From Enterobacteria phage vB_EcoM_IME341, in sequence record MH051917: DNA of 64,000 nt; one strand, given 5' to 3'. A program made the translations under genes and the position numbers. Below the pieces are notes generated by a model. That model searched no databases. It was not told the origin of the DNA and saw only the letters and a list, made by a program, of their open reading frames with translations. Below, piece after piece: positions 17,248 through 26,869 of this stretch. The stretch's first letter is position 1. The number at the start of each line of letters is the position of its first letter.

Positions 17248-18228
17248 ATGTTAACTATCAAAATCAACAAAGGTATCTATCGCGGTAATGAAATCTCTGG
17301 TACGTTCATGAGTTCAGGTAAAACCTGGTTCCCTAATAAAATTCATGAATCCGAAGCTCACCTCGGTGATGGCAAGGTATTCGTACAGATTGATGGTGTT
17401 GAACGTGGTGTATGGGTGTTCAAATGTGACGTTGAAATGGAAGGTGCTGAAGCTCCTGTAGTGGTTACTGAATCCGCTGAAGAAATGAAACATCGCATCA
17501 ACAAACGTTTTAAAGTAATGAACATGATGACTAACGGAATCATCGATGGTAAAATTCGTTCCCTTATCATCTCTGGTGCCGCAGGTATTGGTAAAACGTA
17601 TTCTTTGGATAAAGCATTACAGAATGCCCATGAAAATGAAACTATCGAATATAAATCAATCAACGGAAAGATTAGTGGAATCGGTCTTTACGAGCAGCTT
17701 TGGAATAACCGCGGCCCTAATAGTGTTCTTCTTATCGATGATGTTGATGTATTCTCTGATATGGATATCCTGAACCTGTTAAAAGCAGCATTGGATACCG
17801 GTGAAAAACGTAAGGTGTGCTGGAGCACTTCAAGTTCTTACCTCGATGATAAAAATATCGATAAAGAATTCGAATACGAAGGCACCATCGTGTTCATCAC
17901 CAACGTTGATATTGACCGTGAATTAGAACGTGGAACTAAACTTGCTCCACACCTCCAGGCTTTAGTATCTCGTTCAGTTTACTTAGACCTCGGAGTTCAC
18001 TCTAACGAAGAGATTATGGTTCGTGTTGAAGACGTTATCCTGTCCACTGATATGATGCAAAACCGAGGTCTGTCTGATGCTGAGACCTATCAAGCTTTAG
18101 CATGGATGAAGGCTAATGTATCTCGTCTTCGTAACGTATCATTACGTACAGCTCTTTATCTAGCGGACTTCATTGCCACCGATAAAAATGACTGGAACGA
18201 AATCGCTGAAGTTACCCTTCTGAAATAA
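17248..18228 (+). CDS. AAA+/P-loop ATPase
   Basis: Walker A GAAGIGKT and Walker B VLLIDDVD; in-frame ATG 17248. Confidence 0.6.
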   Translation: MLTIKINKGIYRGNEISGTFMSSGKTWFPNKIHESEAHLGDGKVFVQIDGVERGVWVFKCDVEMEGAEAPVVVTESAEEMKHRINKRFKVMNMMTNGIIDGKIRSLIISGAAGIGKTYSLDKALQNAHENETIEYKSINGKISGIGLYEQLWNNRGPNSVLLIDDVDVFSDMDILNLLKAALDTGEKRKVCWSTSSSYLDDKNIDKEFEYEGTIVFITNVDIDRELERGTKLAPHLQALVSRSVYLDLGVHSNEEIMVRVEDVILSTDMMQNRGLSDAETYQALAWMKANVSRLRNVSLRTALYLADFIATDKNDWNEIAEVTLLK

Positions 18229-18238
18229 AGGTGAAATT

Positions 18239-18580
18239 ATGTTCGAACAATTTAGTTACGACCTTATAAAAGCAGAGTTGAAGTACTCTAATGCCATGAA
18301 ACAGTCCGTCGAGGACTACGATAATGAATTTAAATACAAATTCGCCGAAAAGGTTTATAAAACCGATTGTGAAGAAGGAGACTACAAGAGACTGGCCTTG
18401 GCCGCTAAGACTCAGGCCTTAATAAATCTAGACCGTAAGCAGGTAAAGTTGGCAGGCGACTTCCGAGGTGAACTCTGCGCCATCAGGAATGAATACCTTA
18501 TTCGTATTAAACACCAACGGAAAGAGAACAACCAATCCGCTTGGTTTAGTGGTCAATCAGGTGAAAAAAGTTTCTATTAG
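18239..18580 (+). CDS. hypothetical protein
   Basis: 113-aa ORF. Confidence 0.5.
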   Translation: MFEQFSYDLIKAELKYSNAMKQSVEDYDNEFKYKFAEKVYKTDCEEGDYKRLALAAKTQALINLDRKQVKLAGDFRGELCAIRNEYLIRIKHQRKENNQSAWFSGQSGEKSFY

Positions 18581-18581
18581 T

Positions 18582-18611
18582 TGTTTACATCTCCAGTAGA
18601 AATGATACTAT
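18582..18611 (+). promoter_or_regulatory. early promoter
   Basis: GTTTACA -35 and TG-n-TACTAT -10. Confidence 0.6.
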
Positions 18612-18637
18612 AGACCTATCAACTACTGGAGGTTATC

Positions 18638-19162
18638 ATGAACGCTAAAGATATTTTTTCACTGATTAATTTCAACAACGGTAATTTCAAATCTGAAAAA
18701 CAAAGCAAGTTCTTTAACGACGTTGCTTGTGGTAATGAGATTACCGTATCTGGAGGAGAGATTTACAAAAGCCGTTGGAACTGGATTGCTATCATCGATT
18801 CAGTTGGTATTGTAGAGCTCTATAAAAACACTAACAAAAAACGTATTCTTTACTGGAGTCGTGAAAACAATCAAGCTTATCAAGCTGAACGTAACAAACG
18901 TTTAATGCCTACTGAATCTGACCTGGCAAACGTTAAATCTGATATCGCTTATTTCGATAATCTGATTGCCGAACAACAAGCAGTTATTGATAAGTTTGAC
19001 GAAATCAAAGCTTGTAAAGAGATTCCTGAATTCATGCGGGAATCAGTAAACGAACAGTACGCCCTCACTTCAGGTCGTATCGAGCAGTACAAATCACAAC
19101 GAGCTGAACGCCAAGCTCTGCTTCAGAAATTTGAAGAGCGTTTAAAGACGGTTCTCGCATAA
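18638..19162 (+). CDS. hypothetical protein with C-terminal coiled coil
   Basis: 174-aa ORF after early promoter cassette. Confidence 0.55.
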   Translation: MNAKDIFSLINFNNGNFKSEKQSKFFNDVACGNEITVSGGEIYKSRWNWIAIIDSVGIVELYKNTNKKRILYWSRENNQAYQAERNKRLMPTESDLANVKSDIAYFDNLIAEQQAVIDKFDEIKACKEIPEFMRESVNEQYALTSGRIEQYKSQRAERQALLQKFEERLKTVLA

Positions 19163-19225
19163 ACGCTTTATACCAAGGATGGTATAATGGTTCTAGGTTC
19201 TTAATTACTTACTGAGGAAATTATT

Positions 19226-20068
19226 ATGTCACAGGCAATTAATCAAATTCGTTCTGAAGTTAAAAAAGTTATTAAATTTGGTCGTATTCCACTGAATAAA
19301 GAAGTGGTTGAAAAGGTTTTGGCCATGATGTGGGAAAAGTTTGAAGTTTGTATTTCTGTAGATGAATTCACTAAAATCTTTGACAAGACTAAAGGTTTGT
19401 TTACGTTAGAAGACAGAGTCATGAAATCTCTTCACAGGGCCGGTATGTTGACTCGTGCTAACGCCAGAATTATTCTTAGAAATTATAACAAAGGCTACGA
19501 CCTCTATGGTCGTTTAATCCCGGCGATGTCATTTGATGAAGTTGTTAAAGATCTTCGTACTAACCAACGTCGTTTACTAGCACTGGGTGCTCGTCTGGCT
19601 TTAGGTAAAGATAAGCAAATGCCATTTAAGACTAATGGTTCGGGCGATTGGATTATCTTTAATATTGTCAACCAACCAGGTAACGAAAACGAGTATCTTA
19701 CTTCAACTTTTAGTGGTTGTCAATATGACAATTGGAAATTCCATCTTCGATTAGCTTTGTCCGAACTCGAACGTAGCGGTATTCTTACCTTCGATAATGT
19801 TAATACCAGTACAGGCTGGCGTATTAAACTTGTTAAGCCCGGTAATGAAGTTAAAAGTCATTCAGAAGCTCCTAAACCAGAACCTGTGCCAGTGCGCAGC
19901 AATGAGAAGCATCAAGCCCAGATTGAGTATTTTAGCAATTTGCTTACTTGCTTGAATGTTACAATCCAACAACAAGATGATGAGATTTTCCGACTCTCTG
20001 GTCTGAATGCTAAAGCTAAGGCTGAACGTCAAAAATATATCGATATCCTAAATCTTCTTAAGGATTAA
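19226..20068 (+). CDS. hypothetical protein with C-terminal coiled coil
   Basis: 280-aa ORF, SD GAGGAAA. Confidence 0.55.
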   Translation: MSQAINQIRSEVKKVIKFGRIPLNKEVVEKVLAMMWEKFEVCISVDEFTKIFDKTKGLFTLEDRVMKSLHRAGMLTRANARIILRNYNKGYDLYGRLIPAMSFDEVVKDLRTNQRRLLALGARLALGKDKQMPFKTNGSGDWIIFNIVNQPGNENEYLTSTFSGCQYDNWKFHLRLALSELERSGILTFDNVNTSTGWRIKLVKPGNEVKSHSEAPKPEPVPVRSNEKHQAQIEYFSNLLTCLNVTIQQQDDEIFRLSGLNAKAKAERQKYIDILNLLKD

Positions 20069-20069
20069 T

Positions 20070-20273
20070 ATGGCTATAATTATCAGTTTTATTTTTGGAT
20101 ACCTTGTGATAGGATTCATTACTGTCCTTATTGGTCGTAATCATATGGAAATTAACTCAGGTGGTGAAGCAGTATTCGCTACCTTTATTTGGCCTGTGCT
20201 TGTTTTATTTGGAATAGTTTCTATTGTGACTTGGCCTTTAGCTAAACTCTATGAAAAATTATTTGGACTTTAA
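20070..20273 (+). CDS. small membrane protein
   Basis: 67 aa, two TM helices. Confidence 0.5.
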   Translation: MAIIISFIFGYLVIGFITVLIGRNHMEINSGGEAVFATFIWPVLVLFGIVSIVTWPLAKLYEKLFGL

Positions 20274-20274
20274 T

Positions 20275-21144
20275 ATGAACATTAAAACACGTAAAGAATA
20301 TTCCCGATATGATTTTGATACCACACGTCGTATCGCTATCGATCGGCTGGCCGACTTCGGCCATATTTGTAATGGTAATTATACTTATGGTGTAGGACGT
20401 AAAGGGACTTATATTAGTTCTTTGAACGATTATTGCCGTTGCCCAGCCCATCTGTTTGGAGCAACATTGCGAGCTAATATCAAAGACCTCTTGGCTACTG
20501 CAGGACGTATTTCTACGGTTCCTGTCAATATCAAGAATATTAATTTTACGGCTCGTAACCTAGTCATTAATATTCTGTCTGACGGTATCCAAGTTCGTTT
20601 CCGTCCTACCTCAAAAGGTAATAAGGCCCTTCGTGAAGCATTCGAAACCTTATTCAGAGAAGCAATGACTCGTATTAAGGCAGTAGAATCATATAAAGTT
20701 ACAACCGATGAATATGCTGATTGTTCCGGACGGCCTGATGCAGTGTATTTTAATGTTAAACTAACTCGTGAATATCTTTTGTCTTATGCCCCTTATCAAT
20801 CCCAACAAAAGGACCCACAAATGGAACGTCGTATCTCTGCAGTATCATGTGACAGTGTAGGCCAGTATGCAGCCTATGACAAATTCAAAACCACAGCCGT
20901 GCCTAGTCCATTCAATTCTGAACCGTATCATTGGAAAATTAAACCCGAGAATTCTTTGGTTGTTACTAACCCTACGATGAAACCTATCGAGAAGTATCAT
21001 GAGGACCACCTCCAGGAATCAATCCACCGTTTAAACGGTCAGATCGAAGATGAGAAAAAGAGTATTCAAGACGTACTGATTCGCATCAAGAACATGGAAC
21101 TCCAGCGTGACAAGCTCCGCTCGGCAGTATTAGCTCTAAAATAA
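20275..21144 (+). CDS. hypothetical protein with C-terminal coiled coil
   Basis: ATG 20275 directly after previous stop (alternative ATG 20251). Confidence 0.55.
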   Translation: MNIKTRKEYSRYDFDTTRRIAIDRLADFGHICNGNYTYGVGRKGTYISSLNDYCRCPAHLFGATLRANIKDLLATAGRISTVPVNIKNINFTARNLVINILSDGIQVRFRPTSKGNKALREAFETLFREAMTRIKAVESYKVTTDEYADCSGRPDAVYFNVKLTREYLLSYAPYQSQQKDPQMERRISAVSCDSVGQYAAYDKFKTTAVPSPFNSEPYHWKIKPENSLVVTNPTMKPIEKYHEDHLQESIHRLNGQIEDEKKSIQDVLIRIKNMELQRDKLRSAVLALK

Positions 21145-21145
21145 T

Positions 21146-21175
21146 GTTTACATCCAAGGACGGATGGAGTATAAT
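21146..21175 (+). promoter_or_regulatory. early promoter
   Basis: GTTTACA -35 and GAGTATAAT -10. Confidence 0.6.
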
Positions 21176-21201
21176 CTTTCTATCAACTTGAGGAGAATAT
21201 C

Positions 21202-22212
21202 ATGACTCGTACTGAATACATTAATGCCTTTACTACTTATATCACTGCCAATACCCCTCCATTAACCCCATATGTGGTAATAGTTTCTAATATCAATAAA
21301 TGGGTCGACCAAATTGATGATGCATTATCGCGCTGTTTCAAAGCTGAAATCGAAAAGATTGCAGGCCGTTTGTGCATTCATGATATCATTAAAACATTTA
21401 AAGGTTCTCGACTGCTTTCGCGACTGGTCAATAAGGACATCCTTTCAGAGTTTGGCAAAGAGAAACATCCGGGTTCTAGCCATGCTGTTAGCTACAAATG
21501 GTTTGGTGATACCATAAAAAGTTATATCAAAATTAAAGGTATGGACCCTAGTAGTTTATTTCCGCAACGTTGGGTTACCGAATTCAAGGCTAACTCTGCA
21601 TTAATTCTCAAAGCGGCCTCTAAAACTATAGTTTCCGGTGATTGTCGTACTATTCACCCGATGGCTAATTGCATGATTAAAACAAATAGTTATAAAGGAA
21701 AAGCTATTATTTCTGTTATTTGGTCACCTAATAGGAAACCTAAAGATGATGCGGAAGTTGTAAAGTATCAAGATATTGCTTACGATACCTTGAATACTAT
21801 CGAACAAGCTTTAGCTCTGATGGATACCGTAGAGAAATATGAGACCCAAGAAGTTAAACACCACTTAGGCTGGAAAGGATATGAAGTCTTAGTAACAGTT
21901 CGCGAAATCAAATGTACTGTTCCAAAAACTGATGCTGAAATTTACCAAGAAAAATGTGAGGAAATTGTGAATACTGATAAAGAGCCTGCAACATTAGAAG
22001 ACTTGATTAACGACTTGAACAGCCCTATCATGGCCCCTACACCAATTACTAAATCCAAGTTACCAGAAATCGTTGCCTTAGAAAAAGCGTATAAAGATGC
22101 CCTGGCTATCAACAAAAAACTGACCGGACAATATACTGCTGCCAAGAAACTTTGGGAAGAGTCTACCAATCGTTTAGACCGTCTTGAACAGGCTCTGGAG
22201 CTGCTGAAATGA
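21202..22212 (+). CDS. hypothetical protein with C-terminal coiled coil
   Basis: 336-aa ORF after early promoter. Confidence 0.55.
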   Translation: MTRTEYINAFTTYITANTPPLTPYVVIVSNINKWVDQIDDALSRCFKAEIEKIAGRLCIHDIIKTFKGSRLLSRLVNKDILSEFGKEKHPGSSHAVSYKWFGDTIKSYIKIKGMDPSSLFPQRWVTEFKANSALILKAASKTIVSGDCRTIHPMANCMIKTNSYKGKAIISVIWSPNRKPKDDAEVVKYQDIAYDTLNTIEQALALMDTVEKYETQEVKHHLGWKGYEVLVTVREIKCTVPKTDAEIYQEKCEEIVNTDKEPATLEDLINDLNSPIMAPTPITKSKLPEIVALEKAYKDALAINKKLTGQYTAAKKLWEESTNRLDRLEQALELLK

Positions 22213-22520
22213 AACAACGTTTAGCTGAAGATATTGCTTCAACAACCAATACCGGTTTATTGAAATTTATTAAAGCCGAGGATGTTGAAGTTGAATTGGT
22301 TGGTAAAATTCATGGCTGTGATGAATATAGTGATGCTGTTAATTGGGATGCTGTAATGGCTATGGTCGCACGCCGCGAGCAAGCTTCTAAGAATGTACCA
22401 AACTGTCCTGAGTGTGGTACAGAACAGGTCCAATTGGTCCATTGGCAGACTAGTAATCTTCGTTACAAATGCCGTCATTGTAAACACAAATTTGAGCGAG
22501 ACGAAAATGGCAAAGCGTAA
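22209..22520 (+). CDS. zinc-ribbon protein
   Basis: CPECG...CRHCKH four-Cys motif; ATGA overlap. Confidence 0.5.
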   Translation: MKQRLAEDIASTTNTGLLKFIKAEDVEVELVGKIHGCDEYSDAVNWDAVMAMVARREQASKNVPNCPECGTEQVQLVHWQTSNLRYKCRHCKHKFERDENGKA

Positions 22521-22743
22521 AGAATATGTAGAGGCTGCCGATAAGGCAGTCCGCGAACTTACTCTAGCTTATTATAAAGAGCATGGTAAATTCCCAGACA
22601 GTTATTCAGTATTGAAATCTGCTTTAACTCGCTCGTATAATAATATACTATCTGATGTATATGATTTAAAATATGAGCACATGGAAAAATATGGAACAGA
22701 ACTCGACCGTTCTGAAGCATTCAAACAAATATTAGGAATTTAA
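22507..22743 (+). CDS. hypothetical protein
   Basis: in-frame ATG 22507. Confidence 0.45.
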   Translation: MAKRKEYVEAADKAVRELTLAYYKEHGKFPDSYSVLKSALTRSYNNILSDVYDLKYEHMEKYGTELDRSEAFKQILGI

Positions 22744-22745
22744 AA

Positions 22746-23009
22746 ATGTTTAAAGTTTATGGTTACGATTCAAATATTCACCGCTGTGTTTTCTGTGATA
22801 ATGCCAAACGTCTGCTTGATGTTAAGAAACAACCTTACGAATTCATTAACGTGATGCCTGAAAAAGGCGTATTTGATGATGAGAAGATTGCTGAACTCTT
22901 GACTGCTCTTGGTCGCGAATCTCAGGTAGGTTTGACTATGCCTCAGGTATTTGCTCCGGACGGAACTTCTATTGGTGGCTTTGACCAACTGCGAGCTTAT
23001 TTCAAATGA
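22746..23009 (+). CDS. nrdC: glutaredoxin/thioredoxin NrdC
   Basis: 87 aa; CVFC active site; matches T4 NrdC. Confidence 0.85.
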   Translation: MFKVYGYDSNIHRCVFCDNAKRLLDVKKQPYEFINVMPEKGVFDDEKIAELLTALGRESQVGLTMPQVFAPDGTSIGGFDQLRAYFK

Positions 23010-23167
23010 TTGAATTAATGTTGGTTGTTTTATATCTTATCATCGGTATTGGTTATGCTAAGACCCTAGCTAAATTAGATGATTCCGGTGATTTTTGTTG
23101 GTGGCTGACGTCTATGATTTGTTGGCCTTTATTTCTGGTTGGTGCTTCATTCTGGAACTTCAAATGA
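23006..23167 (+). CDS. micro-ORF, membrane peptide
   Basis: 53 aa, ATGA overlap with nrdC stop; hydrophobic; not in ORF track. Confidence 0.3.
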   Translation: MIELMLVVLYLIIGIGYAKTLAKLDDSGDFCWWLTSMICWPLFLVGASFWNFK

Positions 23168-23340
23168 CTGAATTTGATATAGCTTATGAAACCTGCGCAA
23201 GTGAGTTTGATACTCCTGCGCCTAGTAAAGAAACCGTATTGGCAAATCTCCCGGATTGGTTAAAAGAAGAAGCCAACGAATGGGGTTGGACTGATACCTG
23301 TGTACGTGACCAGCTATTTGAATTTATGGTGGAGTTATGA
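23164..23340 (+). CDS. hypothetical acidic protein
   Basis: in-frame ATG 23164. Confidence 0.4.
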   Translation: MTEFDIAYETCASEFDTPAPSKETVLANLPDWLKEEANEWGWTDTCVRDQLFEFMVEL

Positions 23341-23645
23341 TTGAATTAAACGAACAAACCATTTTTCTAGGTGATGGCACCGAAGATGACCTGGAATATA
23401 AACTATACGAATATATGGTTTGGTTGGCTAAAGCAGAAGGTATAGACTTTGCTGTAGCTCACCCATATGGCGAGAACACTGTTGTAATCGGTGGCACTGC
23501 TTATGAAGTCCAATGGCAATACGTTGGGCTTGAATCTGAAGAATTTGAAGAAGATGAACATGGCGATTGGCATCCAGTCGGCCCTTGGTACTGGGAACAC
23601 GGTGAACCTGATTTTGAAGTAAGTAGTTGGTGGTGGGACCGTTAA
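23337..23645 (+). CDS. hypothetical acidic protein
   Basis: 102-aa ORF, Trp/Glu-rich. Confidence 0.5.
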   Translation: MIELNEQTIFLGDGTEDDLEYKLYEYMVWLAKAEGIDFAVAHPYGENTVVIGGTAYEVQWQYVGLESEEFEEDEHGDWHPVGPWYWEHGEPDFEVSSWWWDR

Positions 23646-23691
23646 GCCATGGTATACCGCTCGATGGGAAACTGTCGAGCCAGAGGAACCT

Positions 23692-23720
23692 GTTTACAAC
23701 GATTCCGAAATAGAGTATAA
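23692..23720 (+). promoter_or_regulatory. early promoter
   Basis: GTTTACA -35 and GAGTATAAT -10. Confidence 0.55.
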
Positions 23721-23761
23721 TGAACCTTCAAACAATGATTTAATCGATATGGAGTTTGGAT

Positions 23762-23935
23762 ATGAGTACCAAAATTGAAGTTGGCCGTCATAAAGGCCGT
23801 CTGATTGAACATTCGCTTTACGAGTTGTCGGATTCAGGTTCTTTACCTGACCTAGAATCCGATTTGATTAAAGCTGCGGCCGATTATATTCATTGGCTTG
23901 AAGCTCAACTTCGCTTTTCCGATGAGGCCTTCTGA
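23762..23935 (+). CDS. hypothetical small protein
   Basis: 57 aa downstream of early promoter at 23692; not in ORF track. Confidence 0.35.
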   Translation: MSTKIEVGRHKGRLIEHSLYELSDSGSLPDLESDLIKAAADYIHWLEAQLRFSDEAF

Positions 23936-24237
23936 TGAATTTATTTGAATTTGAAGGTAAAACTGTTCGTATTACTGAAGAAGATGTCGACCATTATGTT
24001 GACTGGCCTGAATTAAATGGTAATCGTGGTTTTGAGTCAGGTGAGCTCTGTGAAGGCGCCGAAGTTAAAATCCTTAAGGTGGAAATGTCTCCATGGGGCG
24101 ACCCTGAAATCATCGGCGTAACTGCTATCGAATTCAATGGTAAGGTATACGAATACACTAAAGAAATGTTTGAAGATACTAAAGCTTCATTCTGGTGTTT
24201 TTGGACCAACGATGATAATGAATTTGAGGTCGCATGA
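23935..24237 (+). CDS. hypothetical protein
   Basis: 100-aa ORF, overlap-coupled. Confidence 0.5.
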   Translation: MNLFEFEGKTVRITEEDVDHYVDWPELNGNRGFESGELCEGAEVKILKVEMSPWGDPEIIGVTAIEFNGKVYEYTKEMFEDTKASFWCFWTNDDNEFEVA

Positions 24238-24410
24238 AAACTGTATTAGTCTATACCGAAAAGTTGAATGGTGGTAAGGTCTGGAAACTTCTTATCAAAG
24301 GAAGCCCTACCGACCAGTTTATGGCCACCTGTATAGGATTATATACCCGTCCTACTAAAAAGATGATTCGACAATTTAAACGTTTGCATCGTTCGTTCTA
24401 TGGGGTCTGA
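24234..24410 (+). CDS. hypothetical small protein
   Basis: 58 aa, ATGA overlap; not in ORF track. Confidence 0.35.
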   Translation: MKTVLVYTEKLNGGKVWKLLIKGSPTDQFMATCIGLYTRPTKKMIRQFKRLHRSFYGV

Positions 24411-24539
24411 TATGGATGCTCTTATTACGGTATTTTGGGTAGGAGTTGTTTTATTCGGATTGTTGTTAGTGCTAAGTTGCACTGCTAAACTATTAGGATA
24501 TTAATAAATACCCTTATCTAATAATGGTAAGGGTTTATT

Positions 24540-25013
24540 ATGTTGTTGACCGGCAAATTATACAAAGAAGAAAAACAAAAACTTTATGATGCACAATGTG
24601 GTAAGTGTTTGATTTGTAAACGTGAATTAAACCCTGATGTTCAAAGTAACCACCTTGACCACGACCACGAGTTAAACGGGCCAAAAGCCGGTAAGGTTCG
24701 TGGTTTACTATGTAACCTGTGCAATGCTGCAGAAGGACAAATGAAGCATAAGTTCAACCGTTCTGGTCTTAAAGGTCAAAACGTTGACTACCTCGAATGG
24801 TTAGAGAATTTGCTGGTCTATCTGAAAGCTGATTATACTGAAAACAATATTCATCCTAATTTCGTTCCTGATAAAACCAAAGAGTTCAGCAGGTTGGGTA
24901 AGGAAGAAATGATTGCTGAAATGCTTTCACATGGAATGACTTATAATGAATCTGCTACTAAGAAACAAATGGTCGATTCGTTTAAAAAACAACTGAGGAA
25001 ATCGCTTAAATGA
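24540..25013 (+). CDS. 49: endonuclease VII (Holliday-junction resolvase)
   Basis: MLLTGKLYKEEKQK...LDHDHELNG...CNLCNAAEG matches T4 gp49. Confidence 0.9.
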   Translation: MLLTGKLYKEEKQKLYDAQCGKCLICKRELNPDVQSNHLDHDHELNGPKAGKVRGLLCNLCNAAEGQMKHKFNRSGLKGQNVDYLEWLENLLVYLKADYTENNIHPNFVPDKTKEFSRLGKEEMIAEMLSHGMTYNESATKKQMVDSFKKQLRKSLK

Positions 25014-25134
25014 TTAATTTTTATGGCTACACATTTTATGCTTTAGCCGAATCTCTGAACGATGCAGTGCGTATTATGGGTGTTGAGTATCCTGCTCAAT
25101 GGTTATTTGTTGTAACTAACATGTGGGTTCTTTA

Positions 25135-25350
25135 ATGAACAAATTTCGTAATGCTGTTTCCGATATCCTGGCCAATATTACATTTGCCCTGTTTATCGTG
25201 TGCCTTTTAATCCTGGTCATCCCGTTTGGATTACTGTTTGTTATTATCGGTGCCCTGAGTACTGAAAAAGGTCTTGAAGGGTCTGAGTTCGAAAAACGAA
25301 TCCAGTCTGTTCATGGTGTTATTTCTAAAATGATGAAGGTGAAAGAATGA
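25135..25350 (+). CDS. small membrane protein
   Basis: in-frame ATG 25135; TM helix. Confidence 0.45.
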   Translation: MNKFRNAVSDILANITFALFIVCLLILVIPFGLLFVIIGALSTEKGLEGSEFEKRIQSVHGVISKMMKVKE

Positions 25351-25643
25351 AACGTTTTGAAGAATATGTAGCTACTAATTGGACCGCATGGGACAAGTTC
25401 GGTGATGATTGGTACTTCCATGACTGTGACCTGAACCCGGAATTCTTTGTCGGTAAGGAAGAAGACCTCAAGGACATCTATACTCTTTCAGAGATTCATG
25501 GTATCAAACCTACTGTCTACTTCTCTTTTGATGATACCGGGTTCCTTATCAAGATTTACGTCCCGTATGGAACTAATGAGGACGAAGTTCTAAAAACCTG
25601 GGACTACCAAGGAGTTATTTCCTGTGGACCAAAAGTTAACTAA
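25347..25643 (+). CDS. hypothetical protein
   Basis: 98-aa ORF. Confidence 0.5.
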   Translation: MKRFEEYVATNWTAWDKFGDDWYFHDCDLNPEFFVGKEEDLKDIYTLSEIHGIKPTVYFSFDDTGFLIKIYVPYGTNEDEVLKTWDYQGVISCGPKVN

Positions 25644-25941
25644 AATCGAAATCTACGGCATTCCTGAGACAGTTATGCGCTGTCCAGGGTGCATTGCAGT
25701 TCTATCGCTCCTAAATTCCCTTTCTATCCCACATACTTTCTATCCTGTGATTAACCAGACGCCGTCAGGCGCGGTATATGACAAGCCTCTTATAGTATCA
25801 TTGGCTAAACGCGCCGGCTTCAAGAGCTTAGCGATACGCTATCCTGTCATCTTTGTCGATAATAAGAAAATAGAAAATATTCCTGCCTTCAAATCACTTT
25901 TGATTGAACTTGGTTATGACCAAGATTTAATTGAAGATTAG
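25624..25941 (+). CDS. NrdH-like thioredoxin-fold redoxin
   Basis: CPGC motif near N-terminus; apparent GTG start at 25624; ~105 aa. Confidence 0.5.
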   Translation: MDQKLTKIEIYGIPETVMRCPGCIAVLSLLNSLSIPHTFYPVINQTPSGAVYDKPLIVSLAKRAGFKSLAIRYPVIFVDNKKIENIPAFKSLLIELGYDQDLIED

Positions 25942-25942
25942 T

Positions 25943-25971
25943 GTTTACTTCCTCTCCTCACGTGTTATAGT
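25943..25971 (+). promoter_or_regulatory. early promoter
   Basis: GTTTAC -35 and TG-n-TTATAG -10. Confidence 0.5.
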
Positions 25972-26000
25972 CTATCCTATCAACACATGAGGAGAACATT

Positions 26001-26183
26001 ATGACTATCCAAGATAAAGAAATTAAAGCCGACCAGTATTATTTGGTAAATGGGCGTGCGGTTCGTGTAATTGCTGCTAGCGATTCAGACGTATGGTATC
26101 GTGTACTGGACCATAGAAATATTCCATTGATGGTATGTGACCGTAGTTTGTTTTGTTCGATAGCTAAGGAAATTAAATTATGA
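26001..26183 (+). CDS. hypothetical protein
   Basis: 60-aa ORF after early promoter 25943. Confidence 0.45.
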   Translation: MTIQDKEIKADQYYLVNGRAVRVIAASDSDVWYRVLDHRNIPLMVCDRSLFCSIAKEIKL

Positions 26184-26434
26184 GCCTGAAATTACACTCA
26201 ATGGAAAATATCATTACCCTTAATCTGGATGATGAGCGCCTGATTTTTCTCACCATCACTGATAAAAATATTGAAATCGCTAACGGCCCGAAAACTTATT
26301 GCTGTCCTGTTAAGAATTGGAAACGCGTAACATTTCTTACTCTGGCCGAACGCCTGAAAGATATTAAGTTAGATTTGGATGTCAAAGATGTCCAATACAT
26401 TAAAAATCTTATTGGATACAAACTGCTGAGGTAA
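26180..26434 (+). CDS. hypothetical protein
   Basis: 84-aa ORF. Confidence 0.5.
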   Translation: MSLKLHSMENIITLNLDDERLIFLTITDKNIEIANGPKTYCCPVKNWKRVTFLTLAERLKDIKLDLDVKDVQYIKNLIGYKLLR

Positions 26435-26436
26435 CT

Positions 26437-26730
26437 ATGGGTAAAACTATCCGTCGTAAAGAATTGTCTGTAAAAGATTTTTATTATTCCGGACGCCGTA
26501 AAGCACCGGACGGCGTAAGTCAGGATTTGGTTGAAGAAAATATCTTCCGTTCTGACAAGTGGAAACGTATGCGCGGTGTTGATTCCGAAGTTAAGAATGA
26601 AATGAATCGCCAGCTTCGTAAAGAAGTGAGAAAGCTGAAAAAAGATGTTTACAACGATGATGAACCTGATTACAATACTTCTCATCAAGTTGCAAAACGT
26701 AAATCAAACGAATGTTATCGTTACAGCTGA
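26437..26730 (+). CDS. hypothetical basic protein
   Basis: 97-aa ORF. Confidence 0.5.
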   Translation: MGKTIRRKELSVKDFYYSGRRKAPDGVSQDLVEENIFRSDKWKRMRGVDSEVKNEMNRQLRKEVRKLKKDVYNDDEPDYNTSHQVAKRKSNECYRYS

Positions 26731-26737
26731 GGAAAAT

Positions 26738-26869
26738 ATGAATATCAAACGAATGCTTTTTAAGCAAGGGTTATATACCTTAAATGTTGCTCCAAAAGGC
26801 GATACAACCAAGTGGTCAGTAAATGACTGGGTTAAATTCATTGATGAAAATGGCAATTGGAAAATTTAA
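26738..26869 (+). CDS. hypothetical small protein
   Basis: in-frame ATG 26738 after SD GAGGAAAA. Confidence 0.35.
   Translation: MNIKRMLFKQGLYTLNVAPKGDTTKWSVNDWVKFIDENGNWKI

Noticed and set aside
24412-25136. Two further micro-ORFs (24412-24504, hydrophobic 30 aa; 25010-25136, 41 aa)
   Set aside because: Too short and without clear SD or conservation evidence to list as features, though overlap-coupled small genes are common in this genome.
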